The position numbers and the translations under genes were made by a program. From assembly GCA_973851085.1 (NCBI GenBank), contig OZ316775.1, positions 21,638,001 through 21,702,000 of the forward strand: DNA of 64,000 bases, read 5' to 3'. A model generated the notes under the pieces. That model had not been told where the DNA came from. It saw only the letters and a list, made by a program, of their open reading frames with translations, and did no database searches. Shown in pieces: positions 26,743 through 39,737 of the stretch; position 1 is the first letter of the stretch; every line of letters begins with the position of its first letter. Source of the DNA: Ptychomitrium polyphyllum (taxonomy: Eukaryota).

Positions 26743-27472
26743 GGAAAGTCAGTTGCATGACCTTGAGCCTTCGGGTTGTATACCTTGGATATGCAAACGA
26801 CAGGAGCAGCCGAGGTGCCCTCAACATTGTGGTTCCCAATACTTCTACGCTTTACCTATTCTCAAGCTATTCACGTTGTTTAGAACATTAAACTTTATGA
26901 ATGCCGTGAGATCCTACAAGAGGAATCTGATAATATGACATACTCCTCTTTTTAAACAATAGAAGCAATATCATATCCTCCCTCCCCACGTGAAGCAAAT
27001 GTGTAGTATAGCAAATGATAACCAGATACATGGACTAAAACCACATTAAAGTTGAGTATCACTCATGTAACTAAATTTGGGGAGTACGAAATTCCTGAGC
27101 AAAAAAGGTCTGTTACAAATCAGACTTATGGTTGTTTCCACAAATTGTCGGTCAAAAGTCTACCTTGCTACATTTTGTAACCTACTGAATTGAACATGTC
27201 AAAAAGTACTTTATCAATCCCTTCGATCAATACCATATGCTGGTGGCAAATGGAGCCAGAGGTGTGGATTTATCAGTGATCTCTAATCTACTTCCCACGT
27301 ACTAAATAACTTGGAAGTTGCTATATTCATTAGCAAAAAGAAAATCATAATCCTTCGAGGCATATAATCAAGACTGTCACAGAGCAAGCTTTGCTTAATT
27401 ACGTGCAAGTGTGTGAACCTCAAAAGATCATGTCCTTCAACGAAGAACTCTGCCTACTGCCGTTTCACACAG

Positions 27473-29359
27473 CTAATTCTCATGTTTAGGAATACATGTG
27501 CCGGACTTGTCTTCCACGTACCCTTCACTGCAATCACACTTGTACCCAACTGCTTCTCCCCAGTCAGAAGAACAAGTAGCCCACTTGTCACCCATAGTCT
27601 TGCAACTCTCACGCAAGGCACAACCAACATCGTCACACCTCTTCAAAGCGCAGATGAACGGCAGCTCCACGTCGCAGGTCAAGTCGATCAGCATGTAGGG
27701 CAGCTTATCCGGATTCTGAACCTGCTCTTTGGACTCGTACTTGATAGCCAGGCAGCTCTCACACCTGCCCTTGTTGTTAGGCTCTCCATAGTTCCAGAAG
27801 CTCTGGTTGAACTTCACGCATGGAGACCAGGGATAACTCCATCCTTTACTCGGTGGGCTAACCTTTGGCTTCCTGCCTCCCAAATAACAGCCCAGACCGC
27901 GAGGATTGCCCTCATCGAAATGGTGAGTCTCGTTTACCTTGGAACACATGTGGCCGAGATCCTCGAGCTCGTCCCAGTCAGCCACGGCTGCCAAGTGGCC
28001 ACCTGATTGGTACCGGCAGTAAAATTCAGCCTCATCCCATGTCTTCGGCTCCTTAACGAGCCGGAAGCATGTGTGGGAGTGACGCCCCAACTTGTAGCCT
28101 TCGGGACATGGTGGTGGTGGTGGAGGTGGTGATATGATGGGAGGTGGGGGAGGTGAGTAAACCGGAGGAGGGGGAGGTGATGTGATTGGAGGTGGAGGAG
28201 GTGAGTACACCGGAGGAGGAGGTGAGGGGACGGTAGGAGGGGGATAGAATGCAGCGCAAGTAGCGTCGGATTTCTGATTTCCGTTAGTGTCGCCTGGCAA
28301 ACAGTTACCTTTGAGTGAGATGATACTGCGAATTCGAGCACACGAAGAATCCAATTTGTTGAAGAAGTTGTCATCCAGGATAACGGCGCTCAAGTGGTCG
28401 AGTGAACAGAGCTGGGCAGTGACACTCCCACTGAGTCTGTTCTTGCTCATGACGAAAGTCTCCAAGGCCGACATATCCTTAATGCTGGACGGCAATCCTC
28501 CTCCGATGCTGTTCTCACTGTAATCGAACAAAAGGACATTCTTTAAGTGACCGATGCTGGAAGGAAGTTCCCCATGGAAGTTGTTGTTGAGCGCCACAAT
28601 CTCCTGAAGTGTATCATTCAACTTCGAAATAGACTTAGGAATGCTGCCATGGAGGTTGTTGTTCGCGAGCACAATGGCTGAGCTCCTGGAGTATCCGAAA
28701 CTATTCGGAAGCTCACCATCGAAGTTGTTGTTGTTCAAAAAGATTGCATCCAGTGCCTTAGAGAAAAGCGCCCTCGGCAGCTTGCCGTAGAACTTGTTGA
28801 ATCGAATGTCCAGAAACTCTAGATTCGGGATTTTCAGAATGGCCTCAGGAAACGTCCCAGAAAATTTGTTATTGCTGAGATCGATCTCGAAGAGAGTTCT
28901 CATGTACTGGAACGACTCCGGAACTGTGCCAAAGAACCGATTACTGTTTAAGTGAAACAATCCAATCTCACGAAGCAAACCAAGCTCAGGCACTAGATAC
29001 CCCTTCAAATTAGCCCCATTTAGATCTATCCCTGCCACCACCTCAAGATATGAAAGCTCTGGGTCTTGTGGAGGGGAGCAAAACACCCCAGTGTAGCTGC
29101 ACACATTAGGACCTTCCCACGTCTCGAGTATCCCTTGAGGGTCGTCAGTGATGGCTTTCTTCCAAGCTTTGAGAGCTTTGTAAGCTCTCCACTTGCTCCA
29201 GGCCGGCCCATGGCGACCCACACCCGGGGGATGATGGCCCACGCCCGGTGGATGGTTGCCTCCACCAGGGGATTCAAGGCTATCATCATCTGATTCCATA
29301 GCTACTGCAATTCCTGCAAACAGTGTGGCCAACACACACAGCACCACCAGGATCTTCAT
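27473..29359 (-). CDS. Secreted LRR-extensin-like protein with C-terminal C-type lectin and EGF-like domains (628 aa, intronless CDS)
   Basis: Signal peptide; LRX N-cap (AYKALKAWKKAITDDP..W.GPNVCSYTGVFC, VAGIDLN, LFHLNSNRF); LRRs; SPPPP/YSPPPP repeats; CTLD (CPEGY..CF..TWDEAE.YC..GGHLA..GEPNN..C..C..FIC); EGF-like (CDCSEGY..C). Confidence 0.93.
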   Translation of the reverse strand: MKILVVLCVLATLFAGIAVAMESDDDSLESPGGGNHPPGVGHHPPGVGRHGPAWSKWRAYKALKAWKKAITDDPQGILETWEGPNVCSYTGVFCSPPQDPELSYLEVVAGIDLNGANLKGYLVPELGLLREIGLFHLNSNRFFGTVPESFQYMRTLFEIDLSNNKFSGTFPEAILKIPNLEFLDIRFNKFYGKLPRALFSKALDAIFLNNNNFDGELPNSFGYSRSSAIVLANNNLHGSIPKSISKLNDTLQEIVALNNNFHGELPSSIGHLKNVLLFDYSENSIGGGLPSSIKDMSALETFVMSKNRLSGSVTAQLCSLDHLSAVILDDNFFNKLDSSCARIRSIISLKGNCLPGDTNGNQKSDATCAAFYPPPTVPSPPPPVYSPPPPPITSPPPPPVYSPPPPPIISPPPPPPPCPEGYKLGRHSHTCFRLVKEPKTWDEAEFYCRYQSGGHLAAVADWDELEDLGHMCSKVNETHHFDEGNPRGLGCYLGGRKPKVSPPSKGWSYPWSPCVKFNQSFWNYGEPNNKGRCESCLAIKYESKEQVQNPDKLPYMLIDLTCDVELPFICALKRCDDVGCALRESCKTMGDKWATCSSDWGEAVGYKCDCSEGYVEDKSGTCIPKHEN

Positions 29360-32300
29360 TGAGGCCGGGCTGTCAAAAGAAGGTCAATACACCTGCACAA
29401 CAACAGCCAATTGAATCACCAAAGGCAACGCAACTGATTGAATCGCCAACGTGCATGCTTTCAGATCATAAGCCTCTGCATCTAGCTAACTTCTAGGCTA
29501 ATTGTCCTCTGATCTAGATCCAGACAATTGCTGTCCAGGAGCTCGGTCTGCTGCCTTGGATGTGAAGGCGGCCAAAGCTCCGAGCGAACACCTCCAAGGG
29601 GCCGGCTTACCAACAATCTCTGACAATCGAGGGGAATACATATGTTCGACTGGAGGGAATTCCGAGAACTTACCCAGGCTGGTAATATTGGTTGGATTTA
29701 GTTCTCCTATTTTCTTATGCAAAGTAGTGGCCTCATCCACCATCGAACTCCAATTAAGTCCATTGAATCCCACATCCGGGGTCTTTTATAAGCTCTTCTT
29801 AGCTGGAGATCGCTGGGCCGTGAGGAATTTCAAGACTTTTGTAACCATGGGATGTCCAGAACAGAAAACGTGTTGAGTTACAGCACAGTACCATGCAGTG
29901 ATGATGCTGAAATTTTCAACCCTTGGCAAAATGGCTCAATATTTTGAACAAAGGATGAAGCTCTTCTGGCGAATTTTTTTACATTCAAGACTACGGAACC
30001 ATTCTCCACAAACTATGGTAGTCATTTCATAATTTTGTAATGGATTACTCTTGCGATACTATCGTCGATAGTATTGCCTTAATCCACTAGGCTGAAAGAC
30101 TCACCTCTTGTTCATACAAATTACCTACGAAAAATTAGGCACTTTGCTAAAATTCGCACAAAACATCTTCCTCGGTGCCATGAGTAGTATCCCATGCTGT
30201 ATCATGGAATTTGCCCACTTTACAAGTGACTGGGAGGGTACTTCTGAATCTCAATATACTCATCCAGTAGTTGCCATCTCAGCTGTGAACATCTCATCAA
30301 CCACAGCCATGTTGCTTCCAGAACCTTGCTGCTGTTCTCGCATCCATGTAACTTTCGTAAAATATAAAATCATTTTTCTTGATCCTGTTTGGTAACCATA
30401 GTTCATCTTGACGCACTGTTGCCGCAGCCCCATGTGTGGTACGAATTTAGTCTCGTGCATTAAAAGCACTGATCAGAAGCAAGAGAATCCTTTTCTTAGA
30501 AAAGAGAATCAAAGGTAAGTATCCATATATAGCTCTTTGTGAATAGAGCCAAACTTGGACACATGAAACTACTCAAGTTACCATTCCCCGATCCCCCGTC
30601 ACCTCGAACCAAGCCAAGCGGGCAATGGACTGGGTTCGCACATTGACAATTCGTGGACCGCGACCGCGCCGGGCCGGTTGCAACCTTCCCGAGGCGAAGC
30701 TGGCTACAGTAACTTATTTTATTGGTCACTCTCCATGAACAGTCCCAAGTGCCAGAGAGGATTTAGAGCATTCCGACAATATAGGTTCGACTGTGCGGAC
30801 AGTTTTTCTAAGTAAGCAAAGTAATTTAAGCAATGTACTTTTGAATCTTGGGTAAGAAAGAAGTTGAGTTTACATGCTTTTGAGAAACGAGATGAAATTT
30901 ATCTAAACTTTCCTTTTAACAGAAGACAAAACAAGGGGGATCATTTTGAAGACAACAAATCAGCAATGGATCTACAGTGAAAGGGGAAATTGTCAAACCA
31001 GGTTGGTTCGCATATCAGTTTGCCCCCCTGCATCTTCCCAAAGCGTCCACAGCCCAAAACCTCGTGGATCGCTGTGAAGTGCACAAAGCGGAAGTGCACA
31101 ACCATCTGTTTTAGTTTTTCCTACAAGCAGTATCCGGATAGCCCAGATACATAATAGTTACCTATCATTATAGTGATATTCAGTTGTTCCTGGTTACAAA
31201 ACTATTACTGATGTTCTGTAGTATGGTAAGAGGTCAGTGTACCGTTCTTTCTAGCACATACTCTCCTGTTCAAGCTTGTGCAGTTCGTAATTTCCGGTAT
31301 TCTGATGGCGACCTGCAACCAAAGCTTTTGCCTACAATTTGTGAGAATCTTTGTTCTGTAGTGAACGTAAATTGTGCTGCTAGAATCGTCCTGTTGCCTA
31401 GTACTGGATGGGGCCAATACCCCCCTATATGGAAAAAATCACAGTGCTAACTTAGTGGGGATGCAATTCAACCAAAACAATTTGAACTCAGCTCCTCGAC
31501 ACCAGAATCACTCAAACGCAACCAACCTGATCTCAATAGAAACAGATCCACCCTAACCAACTGTCTTTTTTAACGTATGCCTCTGCACCAACGTCCCAAA
31601 CAACAAAAGAATCTTGACTCATATGATACCCAACTCGCCTCTAATTGATAGATGTGCTTTCCGGTAAAATAACCACAGGAAACAGAGAAAGATAATTGAT
31701 CTAGTTGCACGGTAGTACACGAAGGTGGAGAGATGAGAGATCCAGTATACTGAAAGTGTGATTTAGTATCAACAATGCTACTTAATTTGAAATTGCTATA
31801 TCTTTTTATGCATGATGAATTTTCTTACCAATAGTGTTTATAGAAATTGTTCTCCATGAACAGTATCAAAAAGACGTAGCATTTTTAGACACTTAAAGCA
31901 ACTTACCCTCACCTTGGAGAGTGAGAAATCAACAACTAACAATAGCATGGTCATGTGGCGGTGAATGCATGAAGGTATGAATTTCAATTGCAACAAGGTA
32001 TACAGACTTCAATTTGTAATGAAACAAGGTTTTGGCTATGGAATGGTACTTTTGGATGATGGAATTATCCCTTTAAATGAAGATGTTCAATGGATTCATT
32101 GAAGAATATATATTATGTAGATTCAATAAAAACCATTGTTTTTGTGCTTTTTAACATAACATAATGTTGTTTATGTGCTTTTTAGAGGATTCAAATCTAA
32201 ACCAACCTAATGAAACGCCTTCTTATCCAACTAACACAAGAGTTCATGACTTAACAAGAAATATTCCATTTGAATCTAATTTAAAACTCATGAACTTGAA

Positions 32301-32462
32301 TTGAAATGTTTTTTTAACTTTTATGCTATCTTTTTTTGACTCTTGTGTAGATTTTGATATTATCTAGCTTTAGGAGATAGAAGACCTATGCTCTTTATCC
32401 ATATGCACATTACATAAATGTACAATATTAGGATCATAGGCAAATAAATACTTTAATATAAT

Positions 32463-32587
32463 AACTCCATATTCATTATAATGAAAAATTTTAAAGTCTT
32501 AAATATTAACATTTTACACTAATTATGCAATTATTACTAGATAGTTCCAGGATTGCTATTTTGTTTCATTATAGTGAATATGATGAT
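32463..32587. mobile_element. MITE-like short TIR element, copy 1
   Basis: AACTCCATATTCATTATAATGA...TCATTATAGTGAATATGATG; collinear with 48294-48415. Confidence 0.55.
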
Positions 32588-33329
32588 TGATCAAATTCCT
32601 ATAATCATTGCAAGTTAGATTTTAAGTAATTCTTAAGAGTCTTGCGTACCATAATTGTAATTAATTAATTTGATAGGCATTGTAAATCTTCTATAACATT
32701 TAGTTGATAAAAAAACGTTACAAAGAACTCAAAGAGTTTATAGTCAGTCAATGCACAAAATCATTTTCCAAAGAATGGAAAGACTTTAGAAGGCTATTTA
32801 GCTAAATATGTGTTATTACTTAGTGCAACTTAGTCCAAGTGAACTTTGCAACATGCTAGACTATGCTGCAAAGTTTGGATTGATTAATTAATAATTAATA
32901 AGAGTTGGATGAAACATGAAGGGAATGGGTGGCATGGTAAAGGAGGAATTCACTTATGACAATTTAATTTGAAAAAGGAGAATTACAAGAATATATGTAA
33001 CATGATAAAATAAATGTATGTATTTCATGAGGTCTACATAATGAACTCAAAGAGAAAAAGTTGATTCATAGTGTAGCAAATAAGATAATGTTCATTGTGT
33101 ACTATCTTATGATATAAGCTTATGGTTTTACTTTCCAAATTAATGTGAAGGATAAGTAAATTCCTTCCTTGCCATGTGTCTCATTCCTTCCACATTACAC
33201 CCTACCTTAACCGTTTAGCACATATCAATTAATTAGTGATAATTCTGTTACACCGTGTAAATATACTCTTATTGTAAGGTGCATAATACAAGGTGGGTTT
33301 TATCAATCGAAATGCAATGCAGGGGTCCT

Positions 33330-33462
33330 CCTCTGACGAGTCATCAGGGGTCCATGTCATCATCGTCCTCCTTCCACTCACAACCTCTGACGAGTCATCA
33401 GGGGTCCATGTCATCATCGTCCTCCTTCCACTCACAACCTCTGACGAGTCATCAGGGGTCCA
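33330..33462. repeat. 54-bp tandem repeat, ~2.5 identical copies
   Basis: Unit CCTCTGACGAGTCATCAGGGGTCCATGTCATCATCGTCCTCCTTCCACTCACAA starts at 33330, 33384 and 33438 (partial). Confidence 0.95.
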
Positions 33463-35233
33463 CAATCACTCTTCCCTGTGACTTCCAACACCCCTCTCTC
33501 TGACCTCTAAAACCCCTTCCTGTAACCTCAGAAACCCCTCCTTTGGCTTCCAAAATTTTCTCCGTCTGACCTCCAAAATCATAAGATAAAACTCTTGCAC
33601 GGACTTATCTTCGTAATTTTTGTCAAAGCATTGATCTTAGAATTCAAACTGCAGAGCATCAAACTCAGAACTCGACATCAAAACATACTTAGAACTTGAA
33701 CTGGATCTACAAACTGGAAGCGGAACATGAATCGGAAGTGCATCTCAGAACCTACAAGGCATGCTTGACTGCACCTCAACTTGCGGTGTACAGTGCTTCC
33801 TAAAACCCGTCACTGTATCTGAAGCCATGATACAACATGTACTCCCTTCGCCGTGAAATCAATTAATTAAGTGCAAGTTTTACGTGCATAGTGTAGACAC
33901 TTTTTTATGAAACTGACACAACAACTAAAATTGCATTTATGCACAAGGTGTTCCTACAAACAACAAGCAGGCATAATTTTTACTTGTCACATTTGTCAAG
34001 TTGTGTGAGTATTCTCTTAAGAAGCATGTCCTATCTGCTTGTCAAGGGAAGCTCAAGTTTTGACGTTCTCATTGATGAGATCCTTCTGAAACATAATTCA
34101 CATTCAGCAACCAGTCAATGAAGATAATAATATTACTTTTGCCAAGTGAATTTACATATGAGGAGATCAATTTCAGGGGAGGTCCATAAAAATTTATACT
34201 TGGTCCAATTTACTTTGAGATGGACTTCTATGAAATTGGTTCAAATTTTTGTTTAAGATTCATTCAAAAATACAAAGACATATAAATACATAGAAATTAT
34301 CTGTTATTTATCGATGATAAGACAAGTTTAAATTTATTAAAAAATTAAGAAGTTAATCCTTAAATATTGAAGTTGTACAAATCAAGTCATTGATACTTAT
34401 AAAACTTATTTCTAACCAATCTTCTGGACTACAACTCCCACTCAAATTACCTTATTTATTTAGTAAAATTATAAGCTTGTAAAAAAATCTATATTTAATA
34501 TGAAAATCAATAAATCTATAATCATCCATGAATACATGAAATTTAATCAATCTGTGTGGTTCGTTTCCCAAAGAATCTTAAAAGAAATTTTCTATTACTA
34601 TGGCCATGTTGAACACTAAATACACATGTTGAAAAAGGTCTTTTTTCAAATCTCTTTAAAAATAAAGGCCTAAGAAAACCTTAAGACTTCTTGAAATATA
34701 AGTTTTTAATCATATATGCTTAGGAATTTTGATTTGATACACGTTATTATTAAAAAAAAAGAATCATAATTAAAATTCCATAAAGTTTAGAATTTTCTTT
34801 TATGATATTTTTAATTCATAAAAAATAAAATAAATTCATAACTAAAACATTATGTTTTAAAGAAAAGAAGGGAAAAAAAGAAAAAGCATTGATTCTTTTA
34901 AAAGTGCTAAAATTGCTAAAGAGTTATTTTCTCCATTATTCTTTATCTATATTCAAAGAACAGGGACTTTCCATATAAAAATAAGCATCCAATTACTTAA
35001 CAAATCAAAAATATAATAATAATTGTGTAAGAGTTGAAATAATATGTTTTTTGTCATTAGCGTTTTATATATTAAATTTGTATATAGCATTTGCAAATTA
35101 ACAAATTGCAATATACAAAAATGATCTTCATTGATTTTTATAAAATATAATATGTTATAATATGAAATGGAAAATTTATTTTAATTTTAGATGAAATATT
35201 TAATTGATTATTGTTATTCTATAGTCAACATTG

Positions 35234-35835
35234 TATCACGGACATAGATCATGCAATATAGTCCTTAGAACATTCTACAACCTTCTAATATACTAAAATA
35301 GCTTCTTAAAATACTTTTAGATGTCTCCATAGTCTTTCCATGTTTTTAGGAAACTTCTTAGGAAAATTCCTCCACCTTATGAAACTTCCTACAAAGATTC
35401 CATCACCTTAGGAAACTTCCTAGGAAGGTTCCATTATCATAGGAAACTTCCTAAGAAGGTTCTACCCCTTGAGGAAACTTCCTAAAAAGGTTCCGCTACC
35501 TTAGGAAACTTCCAAGGAAGGTTCCAACTCCTTATAAGACTCTTAAGAAGGTTCCAACATCTTAGGAAGCTTCTTAGGAAGGTTCCCTAGACTTCCAGAA
35601 TATTCTTAAGCCTTGTAGGAAGCTTCTTTAGAAGTATCTTAGGAGATACAAACGTCATAGTATAAATAGGAGGCAAGACAAGGTATTCTTTAGTCTTGCC
35701 AATACAAGTTGTGGATCATCTTGAATCCTGCCTTGTTCTAGTCTTTGTATCAAGTTCTTGTTAATCATTAGCTCTTTGGAAGCTAATTCTTGAGAAACAC
35801 TTTGTTTCTGCTTCTTGTTTCTTGTGTCCCTAACA
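35234..35835 (+). mobile_element. Solo LTR (family A), 602 bp
   Basis: TATCACGGACATAG (TG>TA) ... TGTGTCCCTAACA; TSD CATTG (35229-35233) / TATTG (35836-35840). Confidence 0.93.
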
Positions 35836-38800
35836 TATTGAACTTTAAACATGGTACATGCTTTTGTTTATTTTATTCTTGTTTTTGCATTATGATGATT
35901 GTCATTTATTTTTTCGGCAAGTATTCCAAAACTTTTGAAAATATTTCTCATAATATGCTTAGAATGTTCTCATTAGAAAGTTGCAATGTTTATTTAATAG
36001 AATTAATTTACCAAATAGATGCCTGAACATAATTAAATTGCAACAACATGAGTGTACAAAAACTTGCTTGCCCTTTCCATTGTATTCTTCAATCTTTGTT
36101 GTATAAGTGCAATATTGCATGATTTAGTATATTTTATCAATTTTGTTGCTTCTTGATAAATATTTTTTCTTAATTATATTATAAATGATTATTAAAAGTG
36201 ATCTTTAGATTTTTATAAATAGTGTATAAAAAAATCTTATAGTCTTGTTTTTTATGCCTATTTTCACTTATTTGACCTACTTATATTTTAACTTTTTATT
36301 TTTAGATTTAATACTAAAATATTATTTTCTATTTTATCATTTTATTTTTATGTTTTTATTATTTTGTTTTTTTACTTTTATTTTTTTACTTTTACAGCTG
36401 TACAATAATCTGCATTATATACCATCACATAAGAAATGTAATGGTCACTTTACTTGATTATTTTTAAAGTGCATCAATTTTATGAATTTCATTTGTAAAA
36501 CTAATATGGCAAGTATTGTTTTTTTGTGACCAAACTAATATTTGTATAAATCAAGTTTGAAATTTTCAAAATTTCCTAAAGAAGTCTTAACTTTGATTAT
36601 AAATTTGTTTCGTTTCATCTTTATAAGGCATTTTTTAAAACTCCAAATTCATATTTTCTTAATTTTAAATCCAATTATAAAATTAACCTATTATAATTGT
36701 ATACATTACTAATCTAAAATTTGTAAATAAGCATAGGCAAACTTTTATTAAATTGCAACTTATTTTCTCCATATAAGTCATTAAAATACTTATTCAAAAA
36801 AATAGTTTTTTTATTTTTAATTAATTAACAATAAAAACAACAATTCATGGTATAAACTAAATTATTTTAATATGTACAATAAGTTTCTTCTTCATGCCTA
36901 TTTTTTTTGTAGCCAAGGCTTAATAAATTTGTCATTTTTTGTTTGACATGTTGTCAACTATTAATAAGTGTATTTCATTAAAAGATAATATTTTAATATA
37001 AAACATATATAAATATGTATTTGTACAAGTTTTATATTTTCAATTTATGTCATTTTATATTATTTTGGCATTCAACAAATAAGGAGGTTCCTTTGTTTAT
37101 AATTTATTCTTTAGAATTCAAAATTCTAATTTGATCTACTAATTAAAATATCATATAATACAAATTTTCCAATTTTTTTATAAAAATGACTAACAAAGAT
37201 TAAAGTTAATTAAAAGTGTACATTACCCTTTAAATTATAAATTGATTGAATATTTTAATTTTAAAAATCATTTAAAATAGTGATAGAGCTTTTTTTATTA
37301 AAAATTTATGAATAAGTATGATTCTTTGTTATATTATGCAAAATAAAAAACCATATTAATAAAATCCATCATAAAATTCATTATTATATTGTCATCAAAT
37401 TCCTAAGGTTAATTTGTCATATTCCACAAAAGACCATTTCAAAACTACTACTTTCCGTTTTAAGAAAAAATTTAAAACAAACTAATTTTTTTTCATCTTT
37501 AGTTTTAGAATTTTGAAAAAATGTATTAGTAGAATGTCAAGATTTGTTTTAATGATATTAATTATATAAATTGAAATGAAATATAAAATTTGCCAAACTT
37601 AATAAAATTTAATGACTTTGATTCTTATTGGATTAAGGTTTTTTAACTAAATAAGTTGAACATTGTAACCACTACAAAGAAATGCCTATTAGCTACTTGC
37701 ATACCAAATTTGAGATGAAGAAAACAAATACAATATATTCCACAACATTATAACATATACAATTTTGATTTATTTTTTTTGGAAATTAGATTTGTTATAA
37801 AAAATTTCAATCTAAATAGTACATGTATAAATTGTTGTATTGTCTTGAATTAAATATAGATAATTGTAGTTTTGTTTGTATGCAAAATACAATATCACCT
37901 TAAGAAATTTGAGCAAATGTCATAGTTTTTAGTTTCCACTGCAAGAAGTTTCTATTATAGAAGTTGAAAAAAAACATCTAACAGTTAGTTTTTATATACA
38001 AAAGAAAAATTATATTTTTTAATTGAATATAATAAATTTGTTAAATACAAGCTCATTATTGACTTATCTAAAACCTATCCTTTGTACAAAGTGGTTGCAA
38101 AGTTCCATGCCTTTAAGTTCATGAAGGATTTTCAAATTCATATATGGATTCATATTCTTTTGTTCTATTATGTTTTACAAACTTTAAAGCATATATATGT
38201 TAATTTCTTACAACACCAACTGAGACAATACTTAATTGGTATACATTAATGTGCCAAAATAATTGGTTAAAGCAAATCCGACTTGAAAAAAAACATCAAT
38301 AAATTTTTTGTAATTTTTTAAACGAATTCAAAGTCAATCCAATGAAAGTTGCCAACTTTGAAATCCGTTTACTTCCAAGCCGCAATTACTTTTTGTTTTA
38401 TGTGTATTCAGGATTATATAGATTGTATACCATGACACTTATCTTTACCCAGTTGGAGATTTTTCCACTCATTTCTCACCATGTGACTCTTGGCGTAAAG
38501 CTAATCAGTGCCTACTAGACTAAGCTTTGATCGTCGCCGTATGTGGCATCCTGTGCAAAGAAAAGAAAACGGCAGATCTTGCAACTTGGAGACGTCTGAC
38601 TCTTTCGAGTCTCGAGAATAGGGCACCAGCAACGGAGGTGATTGAGCTGATCCTCTGCGTTGCTTCAGGCGTTCTCTTCTCAACTCTAATGATATCATTC
38701 TCCCAAAGTCGAGTCATGTAACTTGGGAGGAAGAAAACGAACCGTGGCCAGCACCGAGGTAGCTTCAGCTTCAGGCTGTACAGCACATGGGTCACACACA

Positions 38801-39737
38801 TCGGGCTGGACATCACCTTCAGATGTAGTTTCTCAACGGGCATCATGAACTTGAATATCATTTGCAAGCGTACGCTTGCATCTCACTGCAACAATATCTT
38901 GGTGGATACGCATATTTCGGGTCGCCCGGAGCAGGGCTGTGTCGTACTTCCTTGGGATGTTCATATGGTGATTCATCAGGAAGAGATTATGCCCCACCAT
39001 GGGAAACCAATGCAGGACCTCACAAGCAGTATGGGGCTGCAGGGTAGGTGCTGACGTGCTAACCCTCCAACACAGACATGCCGACTTTCGGACTACTGAC
39101 ACTGAAGGGTTCACTTTCGGAGCAATGCACAACACTTGCAACTGACTGACTGCAGTTACCAGCAATATTGTCCACCAATCTGAAGCTAGAATTAGTCCAA
39201 ATATTATAACAATAATAATCTTGTATCAAGTTAATCAACGAAATCTCACGCTCCAGAGGGCATAGCAACGATGACACTACTGGTATCGAGGAAATGAACA
39301 AGAACACAATGCCTCAAATTATAATTAGAGAGATGAAGGAGCAGCTTAATCATCTTCATGCACTTGAACCAAGAGCGATTCATGGGTCTGAACCAAGAAA
39401 ATGTTTCATAGTTTTACTACATGAACACCCTATATTACAATTCGGGCACTGTACAATCAGATCTCAATACTCTAGCTACAAAATTTTATCGGACACAGTT
39501 CGTACTTTCCACTAAGAAACGTCAAAAATTTCGACGTCGAACATTCTGACTAGAGCCCTGTTACGATAACCAAAATACCACCAAATGTTCTTCAGAACAC
39601 AAACAATCAGACCATGGTTATCACTCACAGCATCAATTCAGTATGCATGTGGATTTCTATTCTCTAAACTGTACAAGGCAGCTGGCAAACATTACAGAAC
39701 TTGTTGACGTAAACTCACCAATGAGATTTTGCCTTCG

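Noticed and set aside
33330..33462. Hammerhead ribozyme or CRISPR-like array (CTGACGA/CTGATGA in each unit)
   Set aside because: No GAAA core or stems I-III on either strand; the sequences between repeats are identical, so they are not spacers.
38500..39170. GC-richer patch with short ORFs and an 18-bp perfect palindrome (TGCAAGCGTACGCTTGCA, 38863-38880)
   Set aside because: No consistent frame or recognisable family; a single palindrome is not enough to call a feature.
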